Below the pieces are notes generated by a model, which was not told the origin of the DNA, searched no databases, and saw only the letters and a program-made list of their open reading frames with translations. From a virus (taxonomy: Duplodnaviria > Caudoviricetes), in the IMG/VR virus record IMGVR_UViG_3300020276_000001, positions 1 to 64,000 of that record: 64,000 nucleotides of DNA. The stretch is one strand, 5' to 3'. Positions 52,401 through 59,890 of this stretch are shown here, in pieces; the first letter of the stretch is position 1, and every line of letters starts with the position of its first letter. The position numbers were made by a program, and so were the translations under genes.

Positions 52401-52769
52401 GCAACTGGTATTGCTACCCTAAATGCTGATGCATTTAGTATTTCAGGATTACAAGAACTACAGCTTGGTAGCGTTGCACTTGGTGGTACGGGTGCTACAA
52501 TTAACGAGTTTAGTACAGACGGTACATTTACAGCAAATAGTGACAGCATTGTCCCAACACAGAAGGCAATTAAGACATATATTACCTCCCAAATTGGTGG
52601 TGGTGCTTCAGAATTGAACGTAAATACAGTCACAGCAGGTGTAGTACATATTAGCGGAAACACAATCACAACAACGACTGCGGTTCCGATAAATATAACT
52701 GCAACTATGAACTTTACTGGTGGTATAAGTGGATCACCGGTAGCGATGCAACAATTTATATTGAGTTAA
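46455..52769 (+). CDS. Giant fibre/appendage protein 2, paralogue of the 41100 ORF
   Basis: Same N-terminal repeats, beta-helix core and C-terminal SQVRLTGHDFLDIGTG...STDQDGNFRVG; extra helical KCxRD repeats. Confidence 0.75.
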   Translation: MAEFKLGRIRFVWKGAWAAATSYYKDDIIRHGGRTYYCAVGHTASTLFTTDEATKWNLFADGQSWQGDWVAGTYYKQNDIVKYGGYLYVANTAHTAEADGGSAGKLETDQAKWDLFAEGFDWKNIWTVATQYKVNDLVKYGGTVYLCTTAHTSSATFASDADGLEADQAKWDVFSKGIDWKTDWTVATKYRVNDTVRYGGQLYICNEGHLSSATVSLGLEADQSKWDYAHKGIEYKSVHATATRYKVNDVVKYGGGLWIATREHTSGGTNLADDNAVTGVAATVNSISAADATRTAGTYKDVGGSSGGSGTGQRFTIVIDGSGAASVTITNGGSGHSASDTITVTPGFIGGTGASLTFNIATVTQTTNWSQFVPGLEFEDSWASTTSYQPGDFVTYGGYSYIAKTNHTNVVPYNNAATWDLFTTGFSLKGDYANATAAVNGTTSNSTALVVDGNVGTIVQGMVVTGTGVSGVVTVTTVTDQNNLVLSSAQSLTNDVALSFNTAYKTGDVVRVGGYTYLAIADTTGNRPPNASYWEKLNEGINWKNTWTNGTYYDVGDAVRGINNVNSYICVTAHTADQVSAQNRPDQDVDGSEWKLISGGAESGNLTTAGDLVYYGGSGPTRLPIGIAGQVLKVNDAGNAPEWSYFGQVDQVYYVGKGGGDYAAPGYGVTIDKPWKTIRHGLREIKMGPRNPIVADILIRNKQFIQVEAGKEYPAYQIANAGGSGIWNGFSFDNAKCQRDIGLITDAIIWDLKHGGNERSREMAQSYFSTAGASYVSGQEANTVEVINYANTMMQRIVQNLTVTTNYQALNSASNVVTQYTSALTPESGVTTHITTLIGIITEVITAGNLTGLDAKIKPNTTLFVKTGQYTEVLPLIVPADCAVVGDELRSTDIGLYATGTTLANDATLTMASLTRLKAIMSDLILNNAITKTPAGAMVKVDTFGAADASRTAGTYTGVAGASAGSGTVGTFNVTVDASTGNVSNVDIITGGSGHAVNDTITIQDSALGGGGAANFTFDVAEIATGNTQTQNTNHPVGDATAVTSTTNLIDDISNKINYGVNGAGSDVTVTGQTTTNARAGDVYARGRIYANLDFLLYEGQEYIKANNTKMYMEKEATYGSTHDAKCRDDLKRYIDAILWDLENYGNYMSVLAARYLINAINGSTTEDMFYMENGTGLRNCTVRGLTGTLGSANSYGTKRPTAGAFVSLNPSWGPADTRAWISTRSPYVQNVTTFGTKCIGMKVDGDIHAGGNDSIVANDFTQILDQGIGAWVTNLGRAELVSVFSYYGHIGYLSENGGKIRGTNGNSSYGDFGCVAEGVDLTETPIEAFVDNRSFDALIGATITDNNNIIALEYQNAGRDYNVSTTAFSLSGDGYGVTGLTPVINTGGLMEVRMTGDSTTFGGADYKFATNTPQAGTATQITLSNTDTALSAAYVGMAVFITGGKGAGQYGYIDTYNAGTKVATIKKYSDNTAGWNQIVSGRAIESALDNTTVYSVEPRVNVTAPQNDGSTAVETALCRAKVADGKISEVRIIHPGKSYTAAPTVTFTDPNNTADAPLETFIGDGVLAQPSFTSRGTGFTTLSATVTDAGTVKDITGVSYTANPYAKVLLTANKEYIKDETVAWINSQVTNNPTSTTWGGFIYDQVKCERDTGLIIDAMLHDLEFGGTRETIKAAKAYWIGTQSQVLGQQTQTVLSLLQTKVIINDYVMDNTSYSSLQSVTSQTTNSNNGEAAAQTKVAELFDIITEVINNGLGAVPTNGGTGVVNITVATHNILERTKIRITEVGGTTTLNSNEYYVKVVDANTLQLYIDKDLLFPAVLTTGSAYSSGGKVTFGAGYRDAKQSGKYVQVEGMLSVPQAGANVVFSSLPSKFFKLVSVTNLTGSGPYAALLQVSPDVAIDESPVHGDKVEMRIRYSQVRLTGHDFLDIGTGGFTTTNYPGTPTIPSDQNDEAVVGGGGRVFFTSTDQDGNFRVGGLFNVEQATGIATLNADAFSISGLQELQLGSVALGGTGATINEFSTDGTFTANSDSIVPTQKAIKTYITSQIGGGASELNVNTVTAGVVHISGNTITTTTAVPINITATMNFTGGISGSPVAMQQFILS

Positions 52770-52781
52770 AGGAGAAACAAT

Positions 52782-53102
52782 ATGGCCACAGGAAGACTAG
52801 GACACGCAGATTTGGCGGCGGCTACGAATACTTCTCTTTACACAGTACCAGCTAACAATTTCGCGATTGCTACTGTATCTGTATGTAACAGAGGTAACGC
52901 GGCTGTGTCAATTAGATTAGCGGTCGCAAGTGCTGGGTCACCAGCAAATAGCGAATACATCGAATATGACGTAGAGCTTTTACCCAAAGGGGTATTAGAA
53001 AGATCAGGAATTGCAATGGCGGCAGGGCAAATTCTGGTAGTATATAGTAGTGCCGCGAACGTAAGTGCAGTAGCGATGGGCATTGAAACATCAACTGCAT
53101 AA
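52782..53102 (+). CDS. Small beta-rich structural protein, paralogue 3
   Basis: LYTVPA...VCNR...GIET. Confidence 0.7.
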   Translation: MATGRLGHADLAAATNTSLYTVPANNFAIATVSVCNRGNAAVSIRLAVASAGSPANSEYIEYDVELLPKGVLERSGIAMAAGQILVVYSSAANVSAVAMGIETSTA

Positions 53103-53128
53103 TGATAAATACATAAAAGGAAGATAAA

Positions 53129-53461
53129 ATGGGAAGATATATATCAACAACTGGAACTGCAAGTAGTGTTATTCGTAACGTTTCTACTACTTTTTCCGCT
53201 ACAGTTAATGATCGTATTCTTGCTAACTCATCAGGTGGAACGTTTACAATAACTCTTCCACTAAACAGCACTTTGCTTGTTAATGATGTAGTCCAAATCG
53301 TAGATGTAACAGGTTCGTTTAATACAAATAACGTAACACTGGGCAGAAATGGTAGCAAAATACAGAATTTGACAGAGGATTTGGTGCTAGACATTAACAA
53401 TATTGCTGTAACAATGATTTATACTGGTTCAACTTACGGTTGGATCATTTCAGGAACGTAA
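53129..53461 (+). CDS. Fibre connector-like protein (resembles T4 proximal fibre repeat)
   Basis: ANSSGGTFTITLP...VQIVD...NNVTLGRNGSKI...MIYTGSTYGW motif. Confidence 0.6.
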   Translation: MGRYISTTGTASSVIRNVSTTFSATVNDRILANSSGGTFTITLPLNSTLLVNDVVQIVDVTGSFNTNNVTLGRNGSKIQNLTEDLVLDINNIAVTMIYTGSTYGWIISGT

Positions 53462-53476
53462 GAGAGGAAACAAATT

Positions 53477-54217
53477 ATGGCAAACCTCAGAGTTTTGATG
53501 GGAGATCAGGTAGAAGGTGCTTCAGTACCTACAAAGTATTTCTATGTTTATAATAACAATAGAGGTATTAACAACGGTGGATGCTGTTGTAACTGGACAG
53601 TACCGGCTAACATTAAAAACGTAACATTTGAATTATGGGGAGCAGGCGCGGCAGGAGCCGGGTCATGTTGCTGTATGTGGTCATCACAGAATGCGGGAGG
53701 CGGATCCTATGCAATTAGATCACACTCAGTGGTCGCTGGATGTACTTTTACGATTTGTGCGGCAGGTAACGGAAACTGTTGCGAAAGAGATTGTTTGGGA
53801 TACGATGGATCAACTAGTTTTGTAACTGGTTCAGGTATTTCAACAACGTGTGCTAGAGGTGGATGTACAGGAAGAACAAACTGTCATGCTCACTATGCCT
53901 ACAACTGTTGCTTTGGTTGTTCTTGTATTGCAGGAGGAACACAAGGTGACTTTAGATTAGGACACTCTAGAAACCAACCACTACAAACTCACTATTGTCA
54001 CAACCAAATGTGGGATTATGTTAGTGGGCCACCAAAAGGTGGTATGACAAGACACGGCAAGGATTACTGCGGTAAGCCAATGACGTGTTCGGGTTGTGGA
54101 TGGGGATGTGCCCAACCATATCCAGGAGATGCAGGATTCAACGGAACATCATGTGGTGGACCGTGTTGTTGGGGTCACTGGGGATCCGGAGGAATGGTCA
54201 AGGTATCATACAGTTAA
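53477..54217 (+). CDS. Cys/Gly-rich adhesin-like protein 1
   Basis: WTVP...FELWGAGAAG...GGGSYA...GSGGMVKVSY Gly-rich scaffold; 26 Cys by hand count. Confidence 0.7.
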   Translation: MANLRVLMGDQVEGASVPTKYFYVYNNNRGINNGGCCCNWTVPANIKNVTFELWGAGAAGAGSCCCMWSSQNAGGGSYAIRSHSVVAGCTFTICAAGNGNCCERDCLGYDGSTSFVTGSGISTTCARGGCTGRTNCHAHYAYNCCFGCSCIAGGTQGDFRLGHSRNQPLQTHYCHNQMWDYVSGPPKGGMTRHGKDYCGKPMTCSGCGWGCAQPYPGDAGFNGTSCGGPCCWGHWGSGGMVKVSYS

Positions 54218-54252
54218 GAAACATATGACTAAATACAAAGGAAGAGAATAAA

Positions 54253-54948
54253 ATGGCAACAGAAATTACAAAAACATTTACATATGATATCCCCGACGAG
54301 TATTTGGCTCAAACAAACTCGAACGGAGATACCGCTACAGCTACATATACAGGACCGGACAAATTGTACGTGTTCGTAGATGAAGCTACAAACAAGAATA
54401 CAGAAGCTCAGCAACCACCTGATGAAGATTTTCATTACAATCCAAGTACAGACACAGCACCAGATGGTGAACGTGTTGTTACTTTAGATTGTGCGGGTGC
54501 TGATACTTTAATGTGTGCTATATTTTTACCACACACAATAACTTTAACACAATCACAGGTTACAGTTGCACTACCAGAAGGTTATGGAAACTATCAAAAT
54601 CCGTGGCCACCATATCCAGATCACGCATATGAAAGAACACTTTCAGTACATGACGAAGCATCAGGAAATTGGACATTGACTTGGAAGCAACCTTGGCAAA
54701 CTTGGGCAACATTAATTCAGTTAAGAAATGATAGATTAGATGCTACTGATTCAAAAGTATCTTCAGATAGCCCAGATGCAATTAAAAATCCTTGGATTGA
54801 GTTTAGACAAAAATTAAGAGACCTTCCTGTAACATGGAAAAAAGGTGAATCAGATGAATATGCTCCACACATGGTTAAGTTTCCAGAAGAACCAGTTGTT
54901 GGAGGATTTGCTGAACCACCCGCTGACGATGGCGTAGGAATAGGATAA
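54253..54948 (+). CDS. Protein with a phage tail assembly chaperone-like C-terminal domain
   Basis: W...RNDRLDATD...D-x-P...WIEFRQKLRDLP motif. Confidence 0.75.
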   Translation: MATEITKTFTYDIPDEYLAQTNSNGDTATATYTGPDKLYVFVDEATNKNTEAQQPPDEDFHYNPSTDTAPDGERVVTLDCAGADTLMCAIFLPHTITLTQSQVTVALPEGYGNYQNPWPPYPDHAYERTLSVHDEASGNWTLTWKQPWQTWATLIQLRNDRLDATDSKVSSDSPDAIKNPWIEFRQKLRDLPVTWKKGESDEYAPHMVKFPEEPVVGGFAEPPADDGVGIG

Positions 54949-54962
54949 TAGGAGAGTAGTTA

Positions 54963-55733
54963 ATGTCTGCATTAAGAACTTTACTTCAATTAGGCGGAAA
55001 CGAAACCGCATTAACGTTGCGTACTATCTATGTGTATCATACATCAATGGATACTACACGTAACAGTAACCCAGGTTGCTGTTGTTTATGGACTGCTAGT
55101 GCAGACGTTAAATGGGCCGCATTTGAAACATGGGGTGCAGGTGGAGACGGTGGCGGAGGCTGTTGTTGTATGGCAGGTTTCCCAGGAGGCTCAGGTTCCT
55201 ATGGAAGAAAAATTGGAGAAATTACACCAGGTGCGGCATTTACCCTTTGTGCAGGGTCGGCAGGTTGCTGTCGTCCAGTAATGGGTTGTCCAGGTTGTGG
55301 TAGTTATGCTTGTTCGGCAACAGGATGTTGTGACGGAAGTTATTTCTGTTTATGTTCATCAGGTGGCGGATATGGTTGTGCTACTTGTGGATTTGGAACT
55401 GCATGGGGTGGACATTGTGGATGTCCTAACTACGTATGTGGTTGTGTAAAAGGAGCAGATTTTAGTATTTGTGGTTTCAACGGTGGTGGAGCAGGAACAT
55501 CTATGTGTTCTAGTTCATCATGGGAGAACATGACATCAGCACCATACGGTGGACAAAGTGCTAGAATGTCAAGAGATAATTGTTATAAAACACACGGTCG
55601 TGATAGTGATGGACCAGCTGACTTCCCAGGAGGAGGTGGTGGTACACTACACACTCACAACGGTACTTGTTACTGTGGTGGACCGGGAGCGGGCGGATTA
55701 GTAGTTGTTTACTATCAATCCGACGTAGGATAA
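54963..55733 (+). CDS. Cys/Gly-rich adhesin-like protein 2
   Basis: FETWGAGGDGGGGCCC...PGGGGG...GAGGLVVVYY; 27 Cys by hand count. Confidence 0.7.
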   Translation: MSALRTLLQLGGNETALTLRTIYVYHTSMDTTRNSNPGCCCLWTASADVKWAAFETWGAGGDGGGGCCCMAGFPGGSGSYGRKIGEITPGAAFTLCAGSAGCCRPVMGCPGCGSYACSATGCCDGSYFCLCSSGGGYGCATCGFGTAWGGHCGCPNYVCGCVKGADFSICGFNGGGAGTSMCSSSSWENMTSAPYGGQSARMSRDNCYKTHGRDSDGPADFPGGGGGTLHTHNGTCYCGGPGAGGLVVVYYQSDVG

Positions 55734-55747
55734 GAGGAGTATAAAAT

Positions 55748-56548
55748 ATGTCAAGTTTAAGATCTTTTGTACCAGGTTACGATACGGGTGTTAAGGCTCC
55801 TCAAGCATTTACAGTAAGTTATGCTTGGAGTTATGATCATAACGAAGCGTGGCCAAGACAAGCTAGAGGCGTTCCACCAACATCAAGATTTTGTTGTAAC
55901 AACAACGGCGGTAAATGTTGTTTATTTACAGTTCCGTCAGGATCTAGTTTTGCAGTATTTGAAATGTGGGGCGGCGGTGCTTCAGGAACTGGAGGATGTT
56001 GCTGTATGCAGGGTTATCCAGGAGATGGTGGCTCTTACGCAATTAAATCAACAACAGTAGCGGCAGGTGATACTTTCACAATTTGTGCAGGTAGATCAGG
56101 TTGCTGTTTATACGCAGGTAATAACTATGCAGGACATAACAGTTTTGTTATGGGAACTCCATCAGGACAATCATGTTTCTGTGCAGTAGCTTGTGGTGGA
56201 TACTGTTCTAACTGTACTCACTGTCATGGTTACTTTGGATGTTATGGTTGTTGCATGAGTTGTTACAACTGTCAATCACAACCAAATAACGTTGACTTTG
56301 GTATAGCAAGTTACACAGGATCTTCACAAAGATCACAGCATTGTGGAGACAGAGGATTACAATTTACACCGGTTGCGCCAATGGCACAATCAGGACCAAG
56401 AATAGGACCAAACGGTTGTTGTACACGTGGAGGTGATCAATTTGGATCATGGCCAGGTGGAGGTGGAGTACACGGATCACCATACGGTGGTGGATGTTGT
56501 TGTGGATCACCAGGCGCCGAAGGTGCTGTTTATGTGGTATACTACTAG
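55748..56548 (+). CDS. Cys/Gly-rich adhesin-like protein 3
   Basis: FTVP...FEMWGGGASGTGGCCC...GAEGAVYVVYY; 27 Cys by hand count. Confidence 0.7.
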   Translation: MSSLRSFVPGYDTGVKAPQAFTVSYAWSYDHNEAWPRQARGVPPTSRFCCNNNGGKCCLFTVPSGSSFAVFEMWGGGASGTGGCCCMQGYPGDGGSYAIKSTTVAAGDTFTICAGRSGCCLYAGNNYAGHNSFVMGTPSGQSCFCAVACGGYCSNCTHCHGYFGCYGCCMSCYNCQSQPNNVDFGIASYTGSSQRSQHCGDRGLQFTPVAPMAQSGPRIGPNGCCTRGGDQFGSWPGGGGVHGSPYGGGCCCGSPGAEGAVYVVYY

Positions 56549-56557
56549 GATATAATT

Positions 56558-58018
56558 ATGGGACACGGATTAGACGCACAAAACAGAAATAACGAAGTTG
56601 AAGTTCAGTTTTCATATGATATGCCAGACGCATATTTGTATCAAACTACAACTGAAGGTAAAGTAGGTACTTGGACTTATAAAGGCCCTAGAGAAATGTG
56701 GGTGTTTATGAGAAAAGTAGACAACAAACGTTCAGGTGAAGTTAGATATGGATACGAAATTGAAAATGACTTTGTACCAGCGGCTCACGAGTATATGGTT
56801 AAAGTTAACTGTGAAGAAAATCCTTTGCTTTGCGAACTAATGGAAGTACACCAAGATACTTTAATGTTAGAAGGTAGAGAACACATAACAGAAACGTTAC
56901 CACAAAAAGATATTAACGGTAATTACTTTAAGCACATTGAGCCTAAAGTTCCTACTCCAGATCATACATATGACAGAGATGAAATTACTTATGATCCAAT
57001 TAAAAAAGAATGGAACACACCATATCCTTTCTTAAAGCCACACGTAGGTTGGGATGAAATTAAACGTACAAGATGGTCACAACTTTCTTGGTCAGATTCA
57101 CACGTATCAGATGATATGCCAGAATCTTTAGCAAATAAATGGAAACAGTTTAGACAAGAATTAAGAGATTTACCAGAACTTTATGGTGCTTGTTGGACAC
57201 CTACTATTACAGCAGGTGGAACAGGTTATTCAGTAGGCGACCACTTATTAGTTGATGCTACTGTATTAGGTTATAGTGCAGATCAAATTGGTACAATGGA
57301 TGATTTATCAGCACCAATGGGACAAAGACCAGGTTTTGATTTTGAAGCAGATCCAAATGATGGAGAAGCATGGAAACCAGATGCAACAGCTGACGCAGTA
57401 AACGGATCATTAGACGTAAACATTATTGTTACAAGCATTGGACAAGACGGTGCTATTACAGGTGTAAGAACACGTAACGCCTTTAACGCCAGACACATGA
57501 AAGAAGCTAAAGTAATTAATAATGTAGCTTATACTATTGTTAAAACAGGTGACAGTTCTACAACAGGAACTGGTGCTACTTTTAAATTAGAAAAGAAAGC
57601 ACGTATTGAACCTTGGAAAGTTAGACTTCCACAATCACCAAAAGCATTACAACCAGGTATTTGGGGCGAAAACGATCAGTTCCCAGGACAAACAGGACGT
57701 TATGGTGCGGCTGTAAACGGTATGGACGCAACATCTACACTAGGTGATAACGTTCCAGATGGTACAGCAGAAGCAAACAGAGATAATCCTAACGATGGTT
57801 GGTTGATGGAACACACATATCACCCTGCAACAGGACACTTTATTCCACCAGAAATGGACGGAAACTATTTTGGTACAGATCTAAACAGATTAGGTTTAAG
57901 CACAGACGGTACTCCATTTGATGATGGAGCGGCAGATGGGCTACCTGCGGCGCCTACAGACGCTAAAGGCAAGACTAGAATAGCTGGTACTATTACAGCC
58001 AGAAAACAAACTTCCTAA
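56558..58018 (+). CDS. Tail assembly chaperone-like protein with insertions, paralogue of the 54253 ORF
   Basis: FSYDMPDAYL (cf. FTYDIPDEYL), PDHTY and WKQFRQELRDLP. Confidence 0.7.
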   Translation: MGHGLDAQNRNNEVEVQFSYDMPDAYLYQTTTEGKVGTWTYKGPREMWVFMRKVDNKRSGEVRYGYEIENDFVPAAHEYMVKVNCEENPLLCELMEVHQDTLMLEGREHITETLPQKDINGNYFKHIEPKVPTPDHTYDRDEITYDPIKKEWNTPYPFLKPHVGWDEIKRTRWSQLSWSDSHVSDDMPESLANKWKQFRQELRDLPELYGACWTPTITAGGTGYSVGDHLLVDATVLGYSADQIGTMDDLSAPMGQRPGFDFEADPNDGEAWKPDATADAVNGSLDVNIIVTSIGQDGAITGVRTRNAFNARHMKEAKVINNVAYTIVKTGDSSTTGTGATFKLEKKARIEPWKVRLPQSPKALQPGIWGENDQFPGQTGRYGAAVNGMDATSTLGDNVPDGTAEANRDNPNDGWLMEHTYHPATGHFIPPEMDGNYFGTDLNRLGLSTDGTPFDDGAADGLPAAPTDAKGKTRIAGTITARKQTS

Positions 58019-58094
58019 TATAATTCCTTTTAAATAACTGCATAGTGCTATTAAGATGTAGCACATAATTACGCACAGATTAAAAGGATGATAA

Positions 58095-59072
58095 ATGTCA
58101 ACAGATAAAAGAAACTCAGCTATTTTTATTAATGGCGGTGCCGGACGAGTAATAGCATCTATCCCTGCTCTAGAAAAATTTCAAGAAGAAAATCCAGATG
58201 ACGATTTTGTAATTGTTTGCGAAGGTGGAACTGATTTCTTTAAAGGACATAAATCCTTATATGCTAGAGTATATGATCACTGGCATAAAGGTTTATTTCA
58301 AGATAAACTAAAAGAACGTGAACTAATTACACCTGAACCATATAGGGTTTGGGAATACTATAATCAGAAATGTTCTATTGCACAGGCATACGATATTGCT
58401 ATTAACAACAAAGGACTAAGAACACTACAAAAGCCTAGGATTACATTAAACAAAGAAGAAATGATCTTTGGTAAAAAACTTGTAGATGAAGTTAAAGAAA
58501 AAACTAAAAAAGATAAGGTAGTAGTATTTCAACCATTTGGTAGAACAACACAACACGAAAACGGTATGATTTCAGATTACAGTGGTAGAAGTTTTGAAGC
58601 TGAAAATTCAGTTAATATTGTTAAAAAACTTTCTAAAAAATATGGCGTAATTCATATGGCAGAGTTTGGCATTGACTTTGCTAAACATGGAATAAAAGAT
58701 GCAGTAGCAAGTCCTATGGGAGCAGACTTAAGACATTGGTGCGGTATTATTTCAAATGCAGATTACTTTTTAGGCTGTGACAGTTCAGGACAACATATGG
58801 TCCATGCATTAGATAAAAAATGTACAGTAGTTATTGGATCAACTTTTCCTATTAATGTTTCTTATCCAGACGATGAAAACTTTGACATCTTAGATATGGG
58901 TGAAGGTGCAAGAACTTACTCACCTATCAGGGTTACAACTGATGAATATGCTGATAGAACCAACGATGGTGTTATGGCAATGAATGATAAAGTTGAAACA
59001 ATTATCATTGAGTCAGTTACTAACGGACTAACTGGAAAAGAAAGAATAGGTCACAAGTATAAAGAAGATTAA
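58095..59072 (+). CDS. Putative GT-B glycosyltransferase (GT9/heptosyltransferase-like)
   Basis: GGAGRVIASIPAL N-terminus and IISNADYFLGCDSSGQHMVHAL C-terminal motif (cf. DSG-x-x-H-x-A). Confidence 0.65.
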   Translation: MSTDKRNSAIFINGGAGRVIASIPALEKFQEENPDDDFVIVCEGGTDFFKGHKSLYARVYDHWHKGLFQDKLKERELITPEPYRVWEYYNQKCSIAQAYDIAINNKGLRTLQKPRITLNKEEMIFGKKLVDEVKEKTKKDKVVVFQPFGRTTQHENGMISDYSGRSFEAENSVNIVKKLSKKYGVIHMAEFGIDFAKHGIKDAVASPMGADLRHWCGIISNADYFLGCDSSGQHMVHALDKKCTVVIGSTFPINVSYPDDENFDILDMGEGARTYSPIRVTTDEYADRTNDGVMAMNDKVETIIIESVTNGLTGKERIGHKYKED

Positions 59073-59890
59073 TGTCTAGGCTGTTTACATTTGGCTGTTC
59101 ATACACTTCTTGGAACTGGCCTACATGGGCAGACTTACTAGGCTTAGACTTTGAAGAACATCAAAACTGGGGTCATGCTGGTTTAGGAAATCGTGCAATA
59201 GCTGAACGTGTTTCCGAATGTAACATAAAAAATAAGTTTACATCTACAGACAAAGTAATAGTACAATGGTCAAGTCATTTAAGATATGATTGGCTTAACT
59301 TTAATCATGATGAACCTTGGCAAACAAAAGGTAGTATATTCAGTTACCAGAATGAAAAAGTTTTTGATAAGAAATGGATAGAAACTTTTTATGATGAAAA
59401 GGCTTTATTTTTACACACATTACATAACATAGAATTAACAAAAGGATTGTTAGAATCAACAGGTTGTGAATTTCATTTTACAAGCATAAGTGATATTAAT
59501 ACACTAGGTACTGATATTCCACATCAAAAAGGACATGGAGAAAATTTAAGAAATACTCCACAACTTGCAAATGCTTTTGAAGAATATAGTTTACAAGATT
59601 ACAAGCATATACTTAAAGGAGATCATTGGTTAGAACCATTAGGTATTCATGCTTGGAATAGACCAGATTTAAGTTGGTGGTTTGAAGAAGATAATGGAGA
59701 TAAGTGGTTAGAACTACATCCTAGTCCAGAACAACATTTAAGTTGGGTACATCAATACAATCAGAACCTAACTGTTGAACAAGAAAATTTGATAGATACT
59801 ACTAACAATGCAAAGACTAATGATTATAAAGAAACTATTGCAAACATTACTAAAACAGTAAATTGGAATAGAGATTATAGAGGATTTTAA
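59072..59890 (+). CDS. SGNH-hydrolase-like hypothetical protein
   Basis: FGCSYT, G-x-GN, IVQWS and late HPS motifs. Confidence 0.55.
   Translation: MSRLFTFGCSYTSWNWPTWADLLGLDFEEHQNWGHAGLGNRAIAERVSECNIKNKFTSTDKVIVQWSSHLRYDWLNFNHDEPWQTKGSIFSYQNEKVFDKKWIETFYDEKALFLHTLHNIELTKGLLESTGCEFHFTSISDINTLGTDIPHQKGHGENLRNTPQLANAFEEYSLQDYKHILKGDHWLEPLGIHAWNRPDLSWWFEEDNGDKWLELHPSPEQHLSWVHQYNQNLTVEQENLIDTTNNAKTNDYKETIANITKTVNWNRDYRGF

Noticed and set aside
41100-52769. Diversity-generating retroelement TR/VR pair
   Set aside because: There is no reverse transcriptase in the window, and the shared blocks are short exact matches rather than adenine-specific variants.
56210-56230. CxxCH (CTHCH) heme-c motif in Cys-rich protein 3
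   Set aside because: It occurs once, is absent from the two paralogues and has no signal peptide; it is expected by chance at 10% Cys.
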